Shown piece by piece: positions 1-13,143 of a stretch of DNA of 64,000 bases. Source of the DNA: the human T2T-CHM13v2.0 reference genome, Homo sapiens; the NCBI RefSeq assembly GCF_009914755.1, contig NC_060929.1; one strand, written 5' to 3'. The notes below the pieces were generated by a model. It had not been told where the DNA came from and did no database searches. It saw only the letters and a program-made list of their open reading frames with translations. How positions within the stretch are numbered: position 1 is the stretch's first letter; each line of letters begins with the position of its first letter. The position numbers and the translations under genes were made by a program.

Positions 1-171
1 GTTTTCACAAATTGATTTATTTTATACAACAAAGAATCAATTTTCTTATACTGTACACTTACATAATACTAAAGATAACATTTTTCAAAATTTTAATTTT
101 AACACTTTAGTTTTTGAGAAAACAAATTAAAGCTTTGCTTGCTAAATTCTGATCTTTTAAAACTCATTATG

Positions 172-2918
172 CTTAGAAATATATCTAACCAAAGAGGAGA
201 AAGAACTCTACAAGCAAAACTACAAAACACTGCTAAAAGACGTAAACAACACAAACAAATGGAAACACATCCCATGCTCCTGGTTGTGTAGAAGCAATAT
301 TATGAAAATGACCATACTGCCAAAAGCAATTTACTAATTCAATGCAGTTTCCATTAAAATACCATCATCATTTTTCACAGAATTAGAAAAAACAATTCTA
401 AATTTCATATGGAACCAAAAAAGAGCCCACATATCCAAAGCAAGACAAAGCATAAACAACAAACCTGGAGGCCTCACATTACCTGATTTCAAACTATATA
501 GTAAGGCCATAGTCACCAAAAGAGCATGGTACTGGTATAAAAATAGGCATATAGACCAATGGAACAGAATAGAGAACCCAGAAGTAAACCCAAATATGTA
601 CAGCCAACTGATCTTTGACAAAGCAAACAAAAACTTAAAGTGGGGAAGGGATACCTTTTTCAACAAATGGTGCTGGGGTAACTGGCTAGCCACATGTAAG
701 AGAATATAACTGGCTCCTCATCTCTCATCTTATACAAAAATCAACTCGAGATGGATCAAGGATTTAAATCTAAGACCTGAAACTATTAAAAATTCTAGAA
801 GATAACATTGAATAAACCCTTCTAGACATTGGCTTGGGCAAGGATTTCATGACCAAGAACCCAAAAGCAAATGCAATAAAAATAAAAATAAATAGCTGGG
901 ACTTAATTAAACTAAAGAGCTTTTGCACAGCAAAAGAAACAGTCACCAGTGTTAACAGACAACTCACAGAGTGGGAGAAAATCTTCACACTCTATACATC
1001 TGACAAAAGGACTAATATCCAGAATCTACAATGAACTCAAACTGGCAAGAAAATAAACAAACAATCCCATCAAAAAGTGGGCGAGGAACATGAATAGACA
1101 ATTCTCAAAAGAAGATACACAAATGGTCAACAAACATGAAAAATGCTCAATATATATTATATAAATGCTCCATATAATATATATGATATATAATATGTTA
1201 TATAATATAATGTTATTATATAACATTAATATATAATATATATTATAATATAAAAAAACGCTCAATATAATACATACTATATAAATAATATATATTATAT
1301 ATAATATAATACATATTATATATAATATATATTATATATAATATAATACATATTATATATAATATATATTATATATAATATAATACATATTATATATAAT
1401 ATATATAATACATATTATATATAATATATATTATATATAATATAATACATATTATATATAATATATATTATATATAATATAATATATATTGTATATAATA
1501 TATTATATAAATAATTATAAAAAATTATAAAATTTTATAAAAAATTATAAAAAATAAATATATATTATATATAATTAATAAATTATATAAATTATATATG
1601 AATTATATATAATATATTATATAAATAATGTATAAATAATATATAATATATTGTATATAATTAATATATAAATAATATATACATTATATATATTATATAT
1701 AATTAACATATTATATTAATTATATATAATATATTATATATTATATATAATTAATATAATATGTTAATTATATATAATATATTATATATTATATATTATA
1801 TATAATATATTATATATTATATATTATATATAATAAATATATAATATATAATTAATATTATATATCATTATATATATAATATATAAATAATATATATAAT
1901 GTATATAAATAATATATATATAATGATATATAATATAATGTATATTATATATTATATATTTATTATATATTATATATTATATAAATTATATATAACTAAT
2001 ACATTATATAAAATATAATATATATTATATAATTAATATATTATATAAAATATAATATATTATATAATTAATATATTATATAAAATATAATATATATTAT
2101 ATAATTAATATATTATATAAAATATAATATAGTATATAATATATTATATATATTGTATATAATATATTTTATATATTATATAATTAATATATTTTATATA
2201 TTATATAATTAATATATTTTATATATTATATAATTAATATATTTTATATATTATATAATTAATATATTTTATATATTATATAATTAATATATTTTATATA
2301 TTATATAATTAATATATTTTATATAGTATATATAATCTACATAATATATAGAGGAATATATATATAATGGAATCTAGAATTTTCAGAGTGTTTCTGAGTC
2401 TATTAAAATTGTTTGAAACAACAGTTATTTATTTTTCTAACCAACATGTTAAACATTAAATTTAAATGAGAAAAACAAGATCCTTCCTATCAAGCTAATG
2501 TTACTCAAATTAAAATGTTTATCTTTTGCGTACTACTCAGTCATGAAAAGGAATGAATTAACAGCATTTGCAGCGACCTGGATGAGATTGAGACTATTAT
2601 TCTAAGTGAAGTAACTCAGGAATGGAAAACCAAATATCGCATGTTCTCACTCATATTTGGGAGCTAAGCTATGAAGATGCAAAGGCATAAGTATGATACA
2701 ACGGACTTTGGGGACTTGTTGGAAAGGCTGGGAGTTGGGTGAGAGATAAAAGACTACAAATAGGATGTAGTGTATACTGCTTTGGCAATGGGCGCACCAA
2801 AATCTCACAAATCAGCACTAAAGAACTTACTCATATAACCAAACACCACCAGTACCCCAATAACCTATGGAAAAATAAAAGATACGTATATAATAAAACA
2901 CTTACATCCTCAAAAAAA
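172..2918 (+). mobile_element. 5'-truncated L1PB-type LINE-1 (ORF2 3' part plus 3' UTR), interrupted by an AT-rich repeat and a foreign insert
   Basis: L1 ORF2 sequence at 172-1150 and L1PB-type 3' end at 2531-2880 (ending ...aataacctatggaaaaataaaa). 14-bp TSD taaaactcattatg (158-171) / taaaactcaatatg (2919-2932) at a TTTT/AAAA endonuclease site. Confidence 0.93.
1151..2368. repeat. Complex (TA)-rich simple repeat/minisatellite, ~1.2 kb
   Basis: Almost pure A/T. Six perfect copies of 25-bp aatatattttatatattatataatt at 2161-2310, plus ~35-bp units at ~1290-1490 and ~2000-2130. Confidence 0.97.
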
Positions 2919-3117
2919 TAAAACTCAATATGAAATTCAAAGAAATTATTAAACTATGTTAATTCTTTCAAATTTACCGGACATTATAGTTGTGTTTCTC
3001 ACACTACCTACCTATATAAAAAGGGTTAGCAGCAAATTCTGTGGCCTTTGCTGTAGTTTTAGGAACATCTATGGATGTAACCTATTGCCAATTTTTCTTG
3101 TAATATTAACTCAGGAT

Positions 3118-3553
3118 TGTAAGGGATTCTCCAGGCCCAACATGAATGAAAATGCCCCCAAAGATTATGTAGAGGACCAAGTACCTACACTTAACTGTCG
3201 ATATCATGTATTGTTTAATGAGAGACCTCTATGAAAAAGACGCCGATACACTAGAGAATAGGAGCTAGCATACCCACCTCAGAGGTTGCATGACCAACTA
3301 GGGGTGACATTGAAAGAACCCCAGGTTCATGAAGCCTGTGCACACGTGGTCAGCCTCTTCTCTTGTGACATGTGCCAAGGTCAGAATGACAGGGACACCA
3401 GAAGCTGTGCCTGGAAGTCATAAGGTATTTAGTATGCTGTTGATCTATATTCTCTGTTGTTTCCTCAGCTGTACACTAATTCAAAGTAAAGGTGAGCTGG
3501 GTGAATGAAGCCTATTGTGTATGAGTTTGACTGTCAAGTTGAAATCAAAACCA
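3118..3553 (+). mobile_element. Probable old ERVL-class solo LTR (MER74/LTR53-like)
   Basis: TG...CA bounded ~435-bp block, GC-richer than its flanks, with a polyA-signal-like agtaaa near the 3' end. Family assignment is from memory and weak. Confidence 0.35.
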
Positions 3554-3867
3554 CTGCTTCCAGTAGAGCAGAGAGGGCACTGCAAAAACTAACTTCTATA
3601 ACATGAAAATAATATTGTCCATATATGTCAAGTTTCTATCCAGCAACATAAAATGTTCAGATAACAAAAGACAATAATACAGAAACATCCAATTGAAATA
3701 ATAACTCGCTCTAATGCACTGCAATTTACATTTTCAGATTATATTTAGCTTATAGAACCAAATTGATCACCATTTTTTGTGCTATTTCATTCTTAAATTT
3801 CCTGTTACAGTTAGTAGAATTTGAAAAAAAAACACATTTCTAAAGAAATCATTTCTAAAAAGTGTTT

Positions 3868-4178
3868 GGCCTGGGTACATTAGCTCTCACCTGTAATCTC
3901 TCTACTGTGGGAGGTTGAGGCAAGAAAACCACTTAAGCTCAGCAGTCTGAGACCAGCCTGGGCAATGTGGCAAAACTCTGTCTCTACAAAAAATAACATA
4001 AAATGATTAACTGGATGTGGTGGTGCATGCCTGTAGCCCCAGCTACTTGGGAGGCTGAGGCAGGAGGATCGCTTGAGCCCTGGAGGTCGAGGCTCCAATG
4101 GGCTGACTGTGACACTGCATTACAGCCTGGGTGACAGAGTGAGACCCTGTATCAAAAGGAATAACAAATAAATAAAAT
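3868..4178 (+). mobile_element. AluJ
   Basis: Diverged dimeric Alu with A-rich tail; TSD-like aaaaagtgttt / aaaaggtgttt. Confidence 0.93.
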
Positions 4179-4315
4179 AAAAGGTGTTTGAATAAACTCA
4201 GATGTCAATTCAAATACCTCAAGAGACCTACAATATAGAGATTCTATGCCTGTTGTTGAGGGTATATAATTTGCAATTTCCAATAGCCTAGTATCAACAC
4301 AATGGCAATTTTTGA

Positions 4316-4320
4316 ATGTG

Positions 4321-4354
<34 letters not shown>

Positions 4355-4455
4355 GGAGGGAGATATATATATATATATATATATATCTCTACATATATAT
4401 CTACATATATATCTACATATATATATATACACATATATAGAGAGAGACAGAGAGA
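4316..4455. repeat. Compound microsatellite (TG)n(AG)n(AT)n plus (atatatatctac)n
   Basis: Directly visible. Confidence 0.95.
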
Positions 4456-6049
4456 AATCTCTGCTACTATAGCTTTACAACAAGAAAACTTAAGTATCAA
4501 ATTTATGAGACCATGGGAAAATATAGGTTGAGGTGGCTGAATAGTCATGGCTCAATAAATCTTAATTGATTTGAAACAAAATCTTTCTATTAATTTAATC
4601 CAAATTGGTATAGAACACATTCATTCAGTTTATTTTCCTTATGCATATTATGCAGGTACCTATCACTCCCACCACCACAACATATAGAGAACCAAACTTA
4701 AGTGAAAAACTAACATTTAGTTTATCCTAGCAGAGATGTACATGCATTAGGTTAAACATTAAATAGCTTGTGTTTATCTCATTGATTTCATATGGTTCAA
4801 TCTAATACATATTCCTTGACACTGGTGGGACTCAACAATTGAGGTTTATACATTTAACAAGTGTATCATGATATAGTTGCGCCTTTTAGATATAATTCAA
4901 AGACTTGACTAGATAAAAATAATACTTTTATTCTTATTAAATAAATGTCATTTTTGTAACTTTCCTCAGGTACTAAAACCTCATTAACTTGTTGACACCA
5001 TTCTGTATGGGAACGGTCAAGTTTTATTTTATGAAGATGAAGTTCCTTGCTCTTTCCTTGCAACACAAATCACAGTATACCTAGTTTTAAAAACATAGTA
5101 GTCACAATGCAGTGAGTATAAGCAATGATCCACATGAGTCAGTTACCTGGAAACCAGTATTATTTTGTAGTTTGAGCAGTAGTAAAATCTCTATTACTGG
5201 AGTGAACAAATTATTATTAAGTTACACATTTTACCTCTCTGTTTCTTTGGGGTATTCTCAGAACTTAGTACTTACATGTTGGTATTTGAAATTTTATAGG
5301 AAGCACAATAATGCAAGACATATGAAATTTATAACCTAACATTGCATTTTTTGGCTTTTTTATACATCATCTTTGGGATTTAATTTACTTATCAGATTGT
5401 ACTAGTCTCAGAGTCTGTATTATATTTATCCAGAATAAATGAATTATATTGTGCAGCTATAATTTTGACAATAAAGAATTTTCTCTAAATAATTAATGGC
5501 ATTTTTCCCCTTTCTTTATCTGAAAAGATTGCTCAAGTCATGTTCCCTAAAGATTTCACTGTCCCACAGAGACAAAGTTGACAGGTGATGGCTAGATATT
5601 TCTAATTAGGAGAAACTCCAAAGTAAAGCACTTTCCAGAAGGAGTAGCAGTTAGCCCCTGTAAACAATATTTGACACCTGCTTTGTTAAATTAGAATGAA
5701 CACCTGCCATTCACTGCTCAGAATGTTTAATGCTCACTAATTTCAAGTAAACACTAAAAAGTTATACTAAACACTTTGTATGGGTTGAGAATTTTAAATT
5801 AAATAAACTATAATATTAACTTTTATTTGTTTTAATTAAATTTTATTACACAATTACAATGTGAATCCATTGTCTTGACAAAGAATTCAAATTTTATACT
5901 AAGACTCAGATCCCATTTGACCACCAAGTTCCATCTTATTTTGAATATTAACTCAAAACACAAAAGCCCTAAAATTTGTCATTTGGTTAAAATGATATAT
6001 TCTGTAGGAAAAAGTCATGAATAATTTACCCTGTGTGTTTCTGGAGAGT

Positions 6050-6435
6050 AATTCATTCATTCTCTCAAATATTTGTGAAGCAGACAGAAAACAAGCAAAT
6101 CAATTAAGTAAAATACATAGTAAATTAGAAGGTGATAAGTACCATTAAATTTTTAAGGTTTTTTAAAAAAAAGAAGAATCCCAAATACTCTTATTAACGG
6201 AGATTACACTTTTAGTTAAGTAGATTAAAAAACAACTTTAATGAAAAGGTGTTACTGGCGAAATAATGTGAGGGAAGTGAAAAAGGCTACCATAGGGACA
6301 TCTGGCAAAGAGCATGACAGCCAGAGGCGAGGGCAACAGTAAAGGGCTTGAAATGCCAGAAACCTTGGCACATTCAGGAAGAAACAAGGGAGCAACTGCA
6401 TCTGGATAAGAATGAGGTAGTTGGAAAGGAATAGG
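6050..6435 (-). mobile_element. L2 fragment (left part, split by MER45)
   Basis: attcattcattc L2 tail motif followed by purine-rich L2 antisense sequence. Confidence 0.6.
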
Positions 6436-7396
6436 CAAGGCTGACTACATAAGTTGCGGGGCCCAGTGAGAAATGAAAATGTGAGGCCCCTTGTTCAAAA
6501 GGAAGGGGAAAATGCTATTAAGGTACTGCAGTATAAAGATTTCTCTTTTCTTTAATGGCCTATCTTTTGACTTGCCATGGTGTTTTAAATTTACTTTTTA
6601 TTGTTCTAAATAAAGGAAAATTAAACCTCTAAATTATTGCCTTTAATTTTACTGTTTATCTATATGTTGTACACTGGAGTTTTTAAATGCAAATGTAAGA
6701 GCAATTAAGTCATATGCAGAAACACTGAAATCACACAGTTTGCATTTTGTAACTAATACATGCATATGCATTTTGTTATTATCAGTGGCAGCAGTGCAAA
6801 AACAAATTCCACTGCTTTTATTCTACTACCTCATACATGCACATTCTCCCAACCCTCACAGCTTACAGAGTACTGAAAAGAAAAGGAATTAAGGGTTGCC
6901 CTAGTTTTCCCATTCCTCTTATGCCATCATTTTCAGTATAAGTGTTTGGCTAATACCAGAGTGTTTATATGAGTGTTAACATGAGGAAGAAAGTTATGAT
7001 AGGTTTCCTTGATTATCTGTGTTTCTCAGAACCATTGCCTTCATTCTTTTTTCAATGCAAGTTTTTGTTCAAATGTAGAGTAGCTTCTGAGGGTTGTCAA
7101 CACACTGCTGATTACTCAGTCATAGACACAATATGCTTTTCTTGTTCTCCACTTGAATCCTGCTGAAGATCCATGCACTATGCAACCACAAGGATTCTGT
7201 GTTCTTGGGTCATTGCAAATGCTCTATGACAGTGAGATGGCAAGGAACAGTGTACTATTGTGTGCATATCCATTGGATTTCATTTACAAATCATATGTTC
7301 AAGGAAACAACAGGAATTTTAAGAAGTCAGCAGAGCATTATGCCAACACATACTATGTGTGGCTGCTCACGTCACATGCCCATGAGGCTGGCCCTG
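6436..7396 (-). mobile_element. MER45B/C-type hAT DNA transposon
   Basis: Ends caaggctgactacataagttgcggggcccagtgagaaatgaaaatgtgaggccccttgttcaaaa ... cccatgaggctggccctg match the MER45 termini; ~960 bp long. Confidence 0.85.
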
Positions 7397-7545
7397 AGAG
7401 AAGGAGATAAGAACAGAAAGTTGATGAGAGGCCCAGTTGACAAAGGGCCTTGTAGGCCATTGTAAGAATTTTGAATGTATCCCAAATAAAATTGAAAGCC
7501 ACTGTAGGGTTTAGTGGGCAGAGTGGTCATATTGGAATTTTATGT
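7397..7545 (-). mobile_element. L2 fragment (right part)
   Basis: agggccttgtaggccattgtaagaattttg...aagccactgtagggttt is typical L2 and continues the piece left of MER45. Confidence 0.65.
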
Positions 7546-8984
7546 TCATGTTTACTGACTTAGTACTTTTCATTTGCTAAAACATTAGCTCTTTAGACCT
7601 CTGTAAAATACTCCAATTATTTTGGACTCTACAGGATATGCTTCCCTTATTCTGTGCTTATAAATTTCCAGTGCTCCACAAGGCCATTTCGGTGCTTCTA
7701 ATTTTTCTCTGGCATCACAGTTCTGAAATGCCATCTCAGGAAAATCAAGCTGTTCTGTGGTTTATTACTGAAGTTTCCAAATACAATACCAACTATGCCC
7801 AAATATACTTCAGAGTTTAGAAAAGTCACTTTTACATTTTTTAAAAATGTATGTTTTATCTCTCCATGAAACCAAAACCTACATCCAGGAGGCAGAAGAA
7901 AGGATGGATTTGAAAACCACTATTTTTCTGTCCTCAGAATGCTGCCCCTTCACCTCATACAATGCATTTTTTCTAAAGAGACTGTTGAGGTAAACTTGGA
8001 GGTGAATTTATGTCATTTTCTAAAGGAATGAGCACATCTATTAACATTAGCTCAATTAATTATTTCCTTTTTTTTTCAGTCAGGCTTTAGTGAAGAATCT
8101 TGCCTAGTCTGCTCTTGAGTTCTATGTTTCTGATGCCTAGTGTAAAAAATAATATTGCTATCAGCCTTAAAATTATTGTATTTGATTCAATTCCAAAAGC
8201 TTGTTTCACTTCATCCTTACAGATGTTTTTAAATTGGGGTTTAGCAGATCCAATTAAGAAGACTACAAAAGGCTACCTAAAGTGGTGTCTTTTAGGCAAT
8301 TTAGTCTCTAAAACTGTTTCTTCAAGTTTTGTATAATTGTTGCAAACTTTATACTATAGTACCAATAAGTTCCTGATAGAATTTTCCACGTAGCCAACAC
8401 TCTAGAAGTGTTTGTTAATGTCCATGGCCTGAGTCCCAGACAAGAAAAGACGAATGAATTTGAATTTTGGGTTCTAGGGACTGCGTGGTTTATATGTAAT
8501 TGTTCCAATGAATGATAATTACTAAGGAGGATTTAGGAGACAGGAGGCCAGGGACAAATATTATCACTGGCCTAGTTTCTTTGACCCTTTTTATTATAAC
8601 ACCCTCTTTTTCAAACTCCTTCAGTTTTCACACCACCTTTTACTTGTTTTTGACCTCTGAAAACAAGAGGCATTTCGCTACAACACCTTCAATGATTATT
8701 ATCACCTGTAAATAAAAAGCAGCCTCTGATTATGGATTTCCGGTGCTTCATGGGCAAAGCCCCACTCTGCCTTTCAGCTTTATTTCCCATTATGATTTAT
8801 CACAAATATACAGATGGTCAGCACTTTCCAAGGATGCTTATGTTCACACTGCTTCCTCCACATGGAATAGCTTTCCCCATTAAGTCTGTGGATTGAAATA
8901 ATTGTACAAAGGCCCAACACAGATTAAAATTACTAATAAAGCCTTTCTCAGATTCACCATTTTTTCAACATACAATGGACATCC

Positions 8985-9535
<551 letters not shown>

Positions 9536-12500
9536 TCCCCAATGTCTACTTTATCATTTTGCTTCTTGAGAATATTTATTTAATTGTTTTTGAATTACAG
9601 GGAATGATAAAATCACTTTCCCAATGTCATTTTAAGCACTATGAAGTCAGAAACTTTATACTTAATAGTGTTTTCCACAACATTTAATATGGAAATCTTT
9701 GTGGTATAATGATGTTTTGGGCTTGTCTTTGTTTTGGTTTATATTGTTCATTTTGTTTTTTTGTTAGGGAAAGGGTTATCCTACAGTATCAGGCATTGTA
9801 CTAAGAATAATACAATAATGTAATAATAAATGGAAACATTATACCATAATAATATCATTGTTTTATGTATAGGGAGATGGATATTAGGGAATTAAGTAAT
9901 TTGCTCATGGTATATGCATATGTGTATACATTATATATTATACCATGTAACATATAATATTAATTATGATACACGAACGTTTTTAAAAGAAAGACACCAA
10001 TACATTATGTATAGTAATAATAGAAATAGGTATAGTTTTATATGAGTAAAAGAAGTGCTGTAACCTACTGCAAGCAAATGTAAAACAGAAGATTTTCTTA
10101 TTCATAAATAATCTATGAGAATTTAAAATGACAAATTTATTATGATTATTATTAATGGGCAATTAACATACCACTTCACACCTGCATAGGTTTTCATACT
10201 TTAGAAAACATTTTTACCTCCAGTCTCTTGTTTGATGCACGGGATGATATTAAGCTCAATTTTGAGCCTTCTACACTGACAGCCAGAAAAAGACTATGAG
10301 TTACACACGGTGCTAACACTATAAAAAATGAAGAATCTTGATTGCCAGTCCCCAATTGTTTCCAAGTAATTCTCCATCCACAAAAATAATTTACACAAAT
10401 TTCTAGGGAAATAATTTATTTGTCCTTTATTCTGAAGAAAGCAACATTCATGCTGGGTGGCTGACAGCAGGTGTTAATTCTGCAAGTACTAATTTAACAT
10501 AGCAGGTGTCAGATACACTGGGTATTAACTGCATGGTTGCTACAAAGTGATGACAATCACTAAATGAGCTCTGATCAGGTGGCTCCTGGCACTTGCAGGC
10601 CTTCTGCTTGATTTTATTACTTACCTGAGCTTCATTCGTTGGGGCAACATCCCTTGGAAGTCTGCTGCTCAGGAGTTTTGGAGTAATGAGCGTCTACTCC
10701 TGGGATGTGGACATTTTGTCTATCTCCACCATCATTTCCTTTTGTCAGTCACACATGATATGACATATCAGGGTAATTATAATCATTTTATTTTTTTAAA
10801 TGATGAATAATACTGTAGGAAAATTGTCAGCAGCTGCTTCAAAATTAACTACCTTCCCAAAATATTGCCAAGCATCTGCTCCCACCCCATTCCTCTCCAC
10901 ACCACTTGTAAGTAATCTGGAAAAATGTGCAGACACATACATTCACTTCGAACTTGCCATAATTTATGAAAAATATAATTTCAGAAAAGAGAAATTTAAA
11001 CTTATGCCTGTCTCTTAATCTATATTTTGGATGTTGGTAAAATATTGCTTCTAACTTGTCTTGTTTTTTAATATATAACTTCTAGACGTTTTCCACAATT
11101 CATGATATTTTTAGACATGGGTCATGCTATAACAATGTTTTTCAACATTTTGTTTAATTTCTTAGCTGTTTTTTCATGAGTATTTAATTTTCATGTTTTC
11201 ATGTTTGAGCTTTGGTTATTTTTTCTCAATAATGTCTTTGCTGTTAGTAGGTTCACACTCTGTGTTCTTTATTTAAACCACACCCGCAAGTATCTCCTTC
11301 TTATATCTTGTTTTTGCCCAGTCACTTAACTTTTATTTTCACCTGTCCTTTTCTTTAAAGATGGTTTGACTCTGAGGAGACAGGGACTGCTACAGTTTGT
11401 AAAAGGATGTGTTTAATGCTACTGAGTTCTAGAGAAAGTCAATGAATGTCTGAAAAATGATATTTTCCACAGTACTTCCTTTGAATGCAAAGAAATTTTG
11501 TTGTTCAGCTTCATTTGTCTTTATGCTACATCTCCCATCTCCTCACCCTTTGAGTATTAAGCTGCAGCTGATCATAACAAATGGGAAATAAATTAATTGA
11601 GTTGTCATCAAAATCAGCAGGCTCAAATTCTTTGAAATGATCTTCTACTTGCAGGTAAAATCTATGCAAAGCCAGGGAGCTGTGGGCTTTTTATTATTCT
11701 TGTTTAGCTGGTTAACACTATTCAGAGACTGAGTGAAAGCAGAATTTGTTAGCCTTTTGTGAAACAAAAAACTCAAATTCACAAGCCTTACCATGAGAAT
11801 AAAGCCACTTACAGGGGTGTTTTATAACAGATTGATCTAAAAGAAATGAGGTGGGGTGCTGAGAGAGGTACCACAGACAGGTAAGGGTAAAAGTTGGTGG
11901 TGAGAATGCCAACTTCCAGGGGAGTGAATCCTGATGTTGCCTTTTATTTTGCTCTAATCAACCAATATACAGTTTATGACCCAGTATGTGACAGCCCATT
12001 TGTGATGCACTTTAGAGAGGTCTTACTTCATGAGAGTAAAGTAGGCATGATATCTTTGAAATGGAGATCTAAAAATGTAATGAGGATGTACTCTTTAGAT
12101 CATAAATGTATTTTATGTAAGATCCTCTTTCATCATGGAGAGCTTATTGTGTGAACAAAAAGACTGTCATAGAACCCCTACTTTAAAGGACTTCTAAACA
12201 CAGCCACCCTGCCACAACCCAAACTGTGAAATGAGATGAATTAACTAGCGAAGGCACCTTTAACAGTGGTGATCACATTTATGGAATCATGACATTCTAA
12301 CAAGCTTTCTATATCACACAAAGGGAAGCTGAGCCTTGATCACAGTGCTGGCAAACGGAAAATGTGGGCTAAGAAAAGCCTCTAGCTACACTAGCCAACT
12401 TAGAAATAGCTAGCAACTCTGCTTCCTTTTTTTCTGTCAAACATAATCATAGAAACAATTTGGTCCATGAAGTTTGGATTAAATTATCCTGAAATAGAGA

Positions 12501-12573
12501 GGACGCCACAACACCGAAGGTCAGCTAAGTTAGGCTTTGACTAGTGATTAAAATTTCATCAACATCTAGTTTT

Positions 12574-13143
12574 TGTAGGGAAGGGAAAACTTCTTTACCC
12601 TCAGGAGGTCTGCTGAAAAATCAGCTGACAAAAGGCAGATGAATAAGAGAAAAGGCATACAAATTTACTCGTGTTCACAGGGGAAAATCACAGAGTGATT
12701 ATTCCCAACTCTCTAATGGGGTGCAGAAGCTTATATACCATCTCAAGATTACAGAAAGAATGGCGGCCAAAAACAGGTTACGGTGGTAAATCAGATTATA
12801 GTCTCAAGACAGGTTACTGGAGAGAAGATCAGGCAGGCTTGGCTGGCAAAGGTGGTCTTGTTGTATAGCTGAAACTTTACAGGTAGCAGCTGCCAGAGAA
12901 GAGATGGTGGATGTTTCTTTCAGACTTTTAAGGTATCAGACTCTCAGTTAATTTTTCCTAGATCCTGAGAAGGGAGGGCCTCAGAGAAAGCTTGGCTACA
13001 TCAATGCACATTCCATACAGATGCAAATCTCTCGAACAAAACACAGCTTTGCAGGGCTATTCCTGTCTGCAGGCCCTTTAAACAGCCATCTCAAAATATA
13101 TCAAAGAAGTTTATTTGGGGGTAAAATATTTTCATTTCCTCCA
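12574..13143 (-). mobile_element. MER34-family ERV1 solo LTR
   Basis: Right end aaaatatatcaaagaagtttatttgggggtaaaatattttcatttcctcca is the reverse complement of the MER34-type LTR start; tgtaggg at the other end. Confidence 0.8.

Noticed and set aside
334-1034. ORFs 334..693, 770..988 and 834..1034 as genes
   Set aside because: Sense and antisense translations of decayed L1 ORF2.
1026-2370. Regular AT-rich units as a CRISPR-like array, or the I/Y-rich ORF 1026..1265
   Set aside because: No unique spacers; eukaryotic low-complexity repeat; the ORF is a translation of (TA)n plus L1.
3565-3585. CTCF-like gcagagagggcactg
   Set aside because: Lacks the CCAS 5' half; weak match.
4244-4548. Overlapping ORFs with YI/SL/TH runs
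   Set aside because: Microsatellite translations.
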